From assembly GCA_032718475.1 (NCBI GenBank), contig JAUCBJ010004449.1:1-46453 (forward strand): a stretch of 46,453 nucleotides of DNA, given 5' to 3'. Shown here one piece after another: positions 37,577-46,453 of the stretch. How positions within the stretch are numbered: position 1 is the first letter of the stretch; each line of letters begins with the position of its first letter. This DNA comes from Nemertoderma westbladi. Taxonomy: Eukaryota; Animalia; Xenacoelomorpha. A program made the translations under genes and the position numbers. Under the pieces are notes generated by a model, which saw only the letters and a program-made list of their open reading frames with translations, was not told the origin of the DNA and ran no database searches.

Positions 37577-38111
37577 CAATTACAGAACAGCGGGTGGTTT
37601 TATTGATGATATTATTACTGTTGATTAATACGTAGATAATAATATTATTATTGTTCTAGGTTTGTTAAATAGTGCAATACGATGTCTAGTCGACTATTAA
37701 ATAAAATGTTGTTTAACTTCAGGGAAGTATTATGGATTTTCGGGTCCGAGACAGTCTCAACCTTTTGGCTCCTACCCCAACCGCATCATTTTTCAAAAAA
37801 GACCCCGTTGGTAAAAATAAATTATTAATAATAATAATAAATATTAATCTTACGAAATTCCATATAGTTCCTTTTCAGTACGGTACCAAAAGGCGGTCCC
37901 AACCCAAATCCATATTTGAAGATTTTCAATTTTTCCTATCACTATAGCATCCAAACGACGTCATTTCTATACTAGTGTATTAATTTGAATTTATTTTAAC
38001 TAAACTTTTTGCTAATGTTTTCTTTTAGAGGGGCCAGTTATACATGTTATAAATCAAGTGCGATTCTATTCACAAAAACACCGATTAGTTGACATGACAT
38101 AGTGTAGCAAA

Positions 38112-39315
38112 TACATACTTGTGTGTAAAGTAGCACTTTAAAGTGTGCTGATCCGAATGCTTTGTTACACGAACGAACGTTAGTGAGTGAGTGAAAATAA
38201 AGTCACGAGGATCAGAACACTGTAAAGTAGTTTATTCCAAAATGGTAACATTACTCAATGCCGTTAGTATTAACATCGAGTTGTTATTTAGCACTTTACA
38301 ACTTTAGAGGACATTACAGCATTGTATTGGCCTGTACATTTAGTATTGTATTTGGTGTTATTGTTTACGTGGTAACCATGACGGCGTTAAGTAATGTCCC
38401 CCCAGTGTACATTACTTAACGCCGTCATGGTTACCACGTAAACAATAGGTGGAAATTTGCCTGACTGCCAGATAGGCCTTCTGCATTACCTACCGGTAGG
38501 CGGGGTATAGCTATTAATAACCAGTAGGGCCTAGCTATATTATTATAACATGGCTCCAAACGCCACCATAAATATAAGCTAACTTATTTATAACATAATT
38601 TATGTCATTTTTACAATTATTTATACAGCAACTAATATAATTTGTGCAGTTTCTATCACTTATAATGTATATGTACCTTCATTTCGTAATGTTAAAATTT
38701 TGGAAAAAAACTACATATACGTGTTGCAAAGTACTATAGAGTGTTCTGATCCTCGTGGCTTTATTTTCACTCACTCACTAACGTTCGTTCGTGTAACAAA
38801 GCCACTCGGATCATCACACTTTAAAGTGCTACTTTACACACAAGTATGTAAATAGTTATTGCAACAAGTACGTATGTAATTTTATTCCAAGACATATTAT
38901 AAGTGAAAGAAACTCCACAAATTAAATTAGTTGCTGTATAAATAAATGTCATAAATCACATAAATTATGTTATAAAAAGTTAGCTTATATTTATGGTGGC
39001 GTTTGGAGCCATGTTAATACTGTAGTACTGGTTATTAATATCTACCGGTGGGTAATACATTATGCCTACTTATTGTCTGTCAAGAAATTAATAATAAATA
39101 CAAATTATTGTTTATGTGGTAACCATGGCGATCCCAACTTTCAGATTCACTTGCATAGAACGGATGAACTGTAAAGTCGCTCTCTTAGGACATTTCAACA
39201 TAATAATATATCACTAAATGTACAGGCTGTAATGTCCTCTAAATTTGTAAAGTGCTAAATAACAACTCGCTGTTAATACTAACGGCGTTGAGTAATGATA
39301 CAATTTTGGAATAAA
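38112..39315. repeat. Nested inverted-repeat complex, probably rearranged non-autonomous DNA element(s)
   Basis: A 38112-38221 / A' 38740-38850; B ~38231-38344 / B' ~39213-39314; C 38359-38397 / C' 38409-38447 (perfect); D ~38485-38730 / D' ~38859-39057. Confidence 0.85.
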
Positions 39316-39779
39316 ATAATGTTTAAATTTAATAATTAGAACATTTCAAGGAAAAAAACGCGGATTTTTCAAATAGTGACTCATCAATCATCATCATCAG
39401 TCTGCCAGTATCACTGTACTGGTGTTGTACATGCTGACTTAACGCAGTAACGGTACAGTTCCTGCATGGAAGCGGTCTGCTCTGCTGGACTTACCATACC
39501 GCCCCCACAATCCATACTGTTGTCCTGTCGCCTCAGACGGTTTCATTAATTATCTTGATTTGAGACGAGTAGTACTGCAGTCTGGCAGTAGTAGGTCAGT
39601 AGGCCTACCGTACACCGTAGGCCTATCAGCCTATATTGTATATTGTATTGTAATACAGTAATAGGTCGGATTAGTTTAGTGCAGCAATTAATGTGGATAT
39701 CCAGATATTTCTGCTGGCTGATTGCTAGGCCTCAGAGCCTAAACTGCTAGGCCGTAAATACAAATACAGAAATATAGAA

Positions 39780-41252
39780 ATGGGTGAAGTTACTATCGAA
39801 GGAGCGAATCTCGACAGTGAATTTGATGAGGAGATTGATACTAATAGAACAGTTGTACAGTTCAAGGATGAGGAAGGCAAAGCCATTGGAAATCCATTTG
39901 ATTTACCAACGAGTGTATCGCCGGGGCAGATGCAATTAATATGCAATACATTACTGGGGAATTCAACCGACGACGCTTTAAGTTTTGCTTTCTTTACAAA
40001 TGAAGTGGAAATAACGCAGAGTTTACAAGACGTTATAGACAAACTAAGTTTACCTACGGAATGCGTGGTGGATATAGTCTGTCAACCGCAGGCTGTGTTC
40101 CGCGTTAAGCCGGTAACTCGGTGCACATCCAGTCTAGACGGACACTCAGAGGCCATACTGTCTGTGTCCTTCAGCCCGGACGGGAGCAGTCTGGCCACAG
40201 GGTCGGGGGACTTCACCGTGAGACTTTGGGACTTGGATACGGAGTCTCCTAGATTCACTTGTAGGAGTCACTCCAACTGGGTTCTTTGCATCGCGTGGAG
40301 TCCGTGGGGAGACCTGCTGGCGTCTGGGTGTCGGAACGGGACCGTGTGCGTCTGGGACCCGAGCACCGGGAAGCTAAGAGGCAAACCTCTCCTGGGTCAC
40401 AAACAATGGATCACGTGGCTCTGTTGGGAACCGGTTCACAGCGGCACATCCGAGCTCCGTAGACTGGCCACCTCCTCCAAGGACGCCACCGTCCGCGTAT
40501 GGGACGCCCTTAGCGGCCGCCCGCTGTACACGCTCTCGGGCCACGCGCAGTCCGTGACCTGCATGCGTTGGGGCGGCCGTGGCCTCATCTACACGGCGTC
40601 GCAGGACCGGAGCGTGCGAGTGTGGCGGGATTCCGACGGGGTCCTCTGCCGCTCGCTGCTAGGCCACGCTCATTGGGTGAACTCGCTCGCGTTAAGCACG
40701 GATTACGCGCTGCGAACTGGAGCCTTCGAACCGGCGGAACCGAGAAATAAATTAAATAAAATATTAGATCCTAAAATAATCGCGGAAAAGCGATATAATT
40801 CTGCGAGAGGCGAAGGGGAGCGTTTGGTTTCCGGGAGCGACGATTTCACTATGTTCCTGTGGAGCCCCGAGTCGCAGAATAAACCGGTCGCTCGGCTCAC
40901 CGGACACCAAGCACTCATCAACCAGGTGGCTTTCTCCCCGGACGGACGCCTCCTAGCGAGCGCTTCCTTCGATAAATCCGTTAAGCTGTGGTGCGGCCGC
41001 ACCGGTAAGTATCTAGCCTCGTTCCGCGGTCACGTCGCCGCTGTGTTTGTTCTCGCCTGGTCGGCGGACTCGCGGCTGCTGGTCAGCGGCTCCAAGGACT
41101 CCACCCTCAAGGTGTGGCGCGCCCGAGACGGCTCACTGGAGGTGGACCTGCCCGGGCATCTGGACGAGGTTTACGCGGTGGATTGGAGTCCGGCTTCCGA
41201 GAAGGTCGCCAGTGGAGGGAAGGATCGCCAGCTGAAACTATGGAGACGGTGA
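39780..41252 (+). CDS. NLE1: Notchless homolog 1 (Rsa4), 60S ribosome assembly WD40 protein, 490 aa, intronless
   Basis: N-terminal NLE domain, QPQAVFRVKPVTRCTSSLDGHSEA, eight WD40 repeats, HAHWVNSLALSTDYALRTG, ERLVSGSDDFTMFLW and DLPGHLDEVYAVDWSP. Confidence 0.97.
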   Translation: MGEVTIEGANLDSEFDEEIDTNRTVVQFKDEEGKAIGNPFDLPTSVSPGQMQLICNTLLGNSTDDALSFAFFTNEVEITQSLQDVIDKLSLPTECVVDIVCQPQAVFRVKPVTRCTSSLDGHSEAILSVSFSPDGSSLATGSGDFTVRLWDLDTESPRFTCRSHSNWVLCIAWSPWGDLLASGCRNGTVCVWDPSTGKLRGKPLLGHKQWITWLCWEPVHSGTSELRRLATSSKDATVRVWDALSGRPLYTLSGHAQSVTCMRWGGRGLIYTASQDRSVRVWRDSDGVLCRSLLGHAHWVNSLALSTDYALRTGAFEPAEPRNKLNKILDPKIIAEKRYNSARGEGERLVSGSDDFTMFLWSPESQNKPVARLTGHQALINQVAFSPDGRLLASASFDKSVKLWCGRTGKYLASFRGHVAAVFVLAWSADSRLLVSGSKDSTLKVWRARDGSLEVDLPGHLDEVYAVDWSPASEKVASGGKDRQLKLWRR

Positions 41253-42069
41253 TCTATGGTTGTGTAACTTATCTGAATGTAGTCACGTAATATTTACTTT
41301 TATTATTTAATAAATTGAGTGGGTATTTATATTTAAACTATAAATAGACCACACAACGCTAATAATAAATTAATATTATTGGAATATATCACCGTAACAT
41401 AACACCTGAGCTGCGGACGTGAATATAAATTAATCCCGTGTCTATAAAAAATAAAGCGGAAATACAACATGTATTTATGTTTTTATTCCAACAAAATTTC
41501 ACCAAATTATTCATCTTTCACAGATAAAACTAACTAACTGCGGTTGATATGGTAACTTTACAATGACAAATTCAGGTTACGAGTTTGGCTCTAATATGTT
41601 CGATTTTAATCAATAACAAATGCTTTATATTGATTTTTTCATCAGTGTAATTTCTTGAAACATTCTGATACACGCAAGTATGCAAATAGATAATTAATTA
41701 ATTATTCTCCAAAATTCAGCCAAGACACTGTATTTATCAATGGTTTGTTATTAATGTAGCACATTACAACTCTATGTATATGGATTGTCACTGCATATTC
41801 AATAAGGAAGTGGTACTGAAGTAGACTTTTTGCTTTGAAGTAATTATGATGTTTCTTCTTGTAGAACGGATTAGATATAAAGAAATGGAATAACTTTTAA
41901 CACATTTATCCCATTAGCTCTCATTTATTCCATTAGGGAGTCTGCTGAATAATTGGTAATGTCTGTTAAAAGGCTCATCTTTTGTCCCTGTTGTTAAAGT
42001 AAACTAAGTTTTAAAGCGGGAAGCTTTCAATGCAAACAAAACACAAAGAAAAAAACTCACTAAAGTATC

Positions 42070-45000
42070 GTTTACCAATTTCCAATATGTATACAAGTTA
42101 TCTCGGTTCCCAATTCCCTATCTATATACAAGTTGTCTCGGTTCCCAATTCCCTATCTGTATACAGGTTGTATCAGTTCCCAATTCCCTATCTGTATACT
42201 GGTTGTATCGGTTCCCAATTCCCTATCTGTATACAGGTCGTATCGGTTCCCAATTCCCAATCTGTATACAGGTTGTCTCGGTTCCCAATTCCCTATCTGC
42301 ATACAGGGTTTCTCGGTTCCCAATTCCCTATCTGTATACTACAGGTTGTATCGGTTCCCAATTCCCTATCTGTATACAGGTTGTCTCGGTTCCCAATTCC
42401 CTATCTGTATACAGGTTGTATCAGTTCCCAATTCCCTATCTGTATACTGGTTGTATCGGTTCCCAATTCCCTATCTGTATACAGGTTGTCTCGGTTCCCA
42501 ATTCCCTATCTGTATACAGGTTGTATCAGTTCCCAATTCCCTATCTGTATACTGGTTGTATCGGTTCCCAATTCCCTATCTGCATACAGGTTGTCTCGGT
42601 TCCCAATTCCCTATCTGTATACAGGTTGTATCAGTTCCCAATTCCCAATCTGTATACAGGGTTTCTCGGTTCCCAATTCCCTATCTGTATACTACAGGTT
42701 GTCTCGGTTCCCAATTCCCTATCTGTATACAGGTTGTATCAGTTCCCAATTCCCTATCTGTATACAGGTTGTCTCGGTTCCCAATTCCCTATCTGTATAC
42801 AGGTTGTATCAGTTCCCAATTCCCAATCTGTATACAGGTTGTCTCGGTTCCCAATTCCCTATCTGCATACAGGTTGTCTCGGTTCCCAATTCCCTATCTG
42901 TATACAGGTTGTATCAGTTCCCAATTCCCTATCTGTATACTGGTTGTATCGGTTCCCAATTCCCTATCTGTATACTGGTTGTATCGGTTCCCAATTCCCT
43001 ATCTGTATACTGGTTGTATCGGTTCCCAATTCCCTATCTGTATACAGGTCGTATCGGTTCCCAATTCCCAATCTGTATACAGGTTGTCTCGGTTCCCAAT
43101 TCCCTATCTATATACAAGTTGTCTCGGTTCCCAATTCCCTATCTGTATACAGGTTGTATCAGTTCCCAATTCCCTATCTGTATACTGGTTGTATCGGTTC
43201 CCAATTCCCTATCTGTATACAGGTCGTATCGGTTCCCAATTCCCAATCTGTATACAGGTTGTCTCGGTTCCCAATTCCCTATCTGCATACAGGTTGTCTC
43301 GGTTCCCAATTCCCTATCTGTATACTACAGGTTGTATCGGTTCCCAATTCCCTATCTGTATACAGGTTGTCTCGGTTCCCAATTCCCTATCTGTATACAG
43401 GTTGTATCAGTTCCCAATTCCCTATCTGTATACTACAGGTTGTATCGGTTCCCAATTCCCTATCTGTATACAGGTTGTCTCGGTTCCCAATTCCCTATCT
43501 GTATACAGATCGTCTCAGTGTTCCCAATTCCCTATCTGTATACAGGTTGTCTCAGTTCCCAATTCCCCATCTGTATACAGGTTGTCTCGGTTCCCAATTC
43601 CCTATCTGTATACAGGTTGTCTCGGTTCCCAATTCCCTATCTGCCTGTATACAGGTTGTCTCGGTTCCCAATTCCCTATCTGTATACTACAGGTTGTCTC
43701 GGTTCCCAATTCCCTATCTGTATACTACAGGTTGTATCGGTTCCCAATTCCTTATCTGTATACAGGTTGTCTCGGTTCCCAATTCCCTATCTGTATACTA
43801 CAGGTTGTATCGGTTCCCAATTCCCTATCTGTATACAGGTTGTCTCGGTTCACAATTCCCTATCTGTATACTACAGGTTGTCTCGGTTAACAATTCCCTA
43901 TCTGTATACAGATTGTCTCGGTTCCCAATTCCCTATCTGTATACTACAGGTTGTCTCGGTTCCCAATTCCCTATCTGTATACAGGTTGTCTCGGTTCCCA
44001 ATTCCATATCTGTATACAGGTTGTCTCGGTTCCCAATTCCTTATCTGTATACAGGTTGTCTCGGTTCCCAATTCCCTATCTATATACAGGTTGTCTCGGT
44101 TCCCAATTCCCCATTTGTATACAGGTTGTCTCGGTTCCCAATTCCCTATCTGCCTGTATACAGGTTGTCTCGGTTCCCAATTCCCTATCTGTATACTACA
44201 GGTTGTCTCGGTTCCCAATTCCCTATCTGTATACTACAGGTTGTATCGGTTCCCAATTCCCTATCTATACAGGTTGTCTCGGTTCCCAATTCCCTATCTG
44301 TATACTACAGGTTGTCTCGGTTCACAATTCCCTATCTGTATACAGATTGTCTCGGTTCCCAATTCCCTATCTGTATACAGGTTGTATCGGTTCCCAATTC
44401 CCTATCTGTATACTACAGGTTGTCTCGGTTCACAATTCCCTATCTGTATACAGATTGTCTCGGTTCCCAATTCCCTATCTGTATACTACAGGTTGTCTCG
44501 GTTCCCAATTCCCTATCAGTATACAGGTTGTCTCGGTTCCCAATTCCCTATCTGTATACAGATTGTCTCGGTTCCCAATTCCCTATCTGTATACTACAGG
44601 TTGTCTCGGTTCCCAATTCCCTATCTGTATACAGGTTGTCTCGGTTCCCAATTCCCTATCTGCATACAGGTTGTCTCGGTTCCCAATTCCCTATCTGTAT
44701 ACTACAGGTTGTCTCGGTTCACAATTCCCTATCTGTATACAGATTGTCTCGGTTCCCAATTCCCTATCTGTATACAGGTTGTATCGGTTCCCAATTCCCT
44801 ATCTGTATACTACAGGTTGTCTCGGTTCACAATTCCCTATCTGTATACAGATTGTCTCGGTTCCCAATTCCCTATCTGTATACTACAGGTTGTCTCGGTT
44901 CCCAATTCCCTATCTGTATACAGGTTGTCTCGGTTCCCAATTCCCTATCTGCATACAGGTTGTCTCGGTTCCCATTTCCCTATCTGTATACAACAGGTTG

Positions 45001-46453
45001 TCTCGGTTCACAATTCCCTATCTGTATACAGATTGTCTCGGTTCCCAATTCCCTATCTGTATACAGATTGTCTCGGTTCCCAATTCCCTATCTGTATACA
45101 GGTTGTCTCGGTTCCCAATTCCTTATCTGTATACAGGTTGTCTCGGTTCCCAATTCCCTATCTATATACAGGTTGTCTCGGTTCCCAATTCCCCATCTGT
45201 ATACAGGTTGTCTCGGTTCCCAATTCCCTATCTGCCTGTATACAGGTTGTCTCGGTTCACAATTCCCTATCTGTATACTACAGGTTGTCTCGGTTCCCAA
45301 TTCCCTATCTGTATACTACAGGTTGTCTCGGTTTCCAATTCCCCATCTGTATACAGGTTGTCTCGGATCCCAATTCCCTATCTGTATACTACAGGTTGTC
45401 TCGGTTTCCAATTCCTCATCTGTATACAGGTTGTCTCGGTTCCCAATTCCCTATCTGTATACAGATTGTCTCGGTTCCCAATTCCCTATATGTATACTAC
45501 AGGTTGTCTCGGTTCCCAATTCCCTATCTGTATACTACAGGTTGTCTCGGTTCCCAATTCCCTATCTGTATACTACAGGTTGTCTCGGTTCCCAATTCCC
45601 CATCTGTATACAGGTTGTCTCGGTTCCCAATTCCCCATCTGTATACAGGTTGTCTCGGTTCACAATTCCCTATCTGTATACTACAGGTTGTCTCGGTTCC
45701 CAATTCCCTATCTGTATACAGATTGTCTCGGTTCCCAATTCCCTATCTGTATACTACAGGTTGTCTCGGTTCCCAATTCCCTATCTGTATACTACAGGTT
45801 GTCTCGGATCCCAATTCCCTATCTGTATACAGGTTGTCTCGGTTCCCAATTCCCTATCTGTATACAGGTTGTCTCGGTTCCCAATTCCCTATCTGTATAC
45901 AGGTTGTCTCGGTTCCCAATTCCCTATCTGTATACTACAGGTTGTCTCGGTTCCCAATTCCCCATCTGTATACTACAGGTTGTCTCGGTTCACAATTCCC
46001 TATCTATATACAGGTTGTATCGGTTCCCAATTCCCTATCTGTATACAGGTTGTCTCAGTTCCAAATTCCCTATCTGTATACAGATTGTCTCGGTTCACAA
46101 TTCCCTATCTGTATACAGGTTGTCTCGGTTCCCAATTCCCTATCTGTATACAGGTTGTCTCGGTTCACAATTCCCTATCTGTATACAGATTGTCTCGGTT
46201 CACAATTCCCTATCTGTATACAGGTTGTCTCGGTTCCCAATTCCCTATCTGTATACTACAGGTTGTCTCGGTTCACAATTCCCTATCTGTATACTACAGG
46301 TTGTCTGGGTTCCCAATTCCCCATCTGTATACTACAGGTTGTCTCGGTTCACAATTCCCTATCTGTATACAGGTTGTCTCGGTTCCCAATTCCCCATCTG
46401 TATACTACAGGTTGTCTCGGTTCCCAATTCCCCATCTGTATACTACAGGTTGT
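42070..46453. repeat. 35-bp satellite (38-bp +CTA variants), over 120 copies, runs off the window end
   Basis: Unit CAGGTTGTCTCGGTTCCCAATTCCCTATCTGTATA. Confidence 0.98.

Noticed and set aside
42133-43890. 585-aa ORF
   Set aside because: It is a translation of the 35-bp satellite with a TTG start and no unique sequence.

Overview
AT-rich, repeat-dense eukaryotic DNA with GT-AG spliced genes, most likely from an invertebrate animal. There is no prokaryotic operon or CRISPR array. Five host genes can be built by hand: an SGK/S6K-like AGC kinase (+, 262-1831), an 8-exon monofunctional peptidylglycine alpha-hydroxylating monooxygenase PHM (-, 11758-19374), NFU1 (+, 32643-34382), a small secreted Cys-rich, probably GPI-anchored protein (+, 36098-37576) and an intronless Notchless NLE1 (+, 39780-41252). 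The rest is mostly mobile or repetitive DNA: a near-complete CRE-type RT/RLE retrotransposon with one frameshift, four RTE LINE pieces, other LINE and BEL remnants, Harbinger- and hAT-type non-autonomous elements, a nested inverted-repeat complex, and satellites with 53-, 19- and 35-bp units. The most striking observation is that the kinase's only intron is exactly a 353-bp TIR element plus one copy of its 8-bp target-site duplication (TSD) GCCAGGTT. The duplicated AG|GT supplies both splice sites, which points to Introner-like intron gain. A second pattern is the abundance of TA-(short)-TA motifs resembling transposon excision footprints. They cluster upstream of genes and also appear as variants inside the satellites. 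All coordinates were read by eye and no searches were run.
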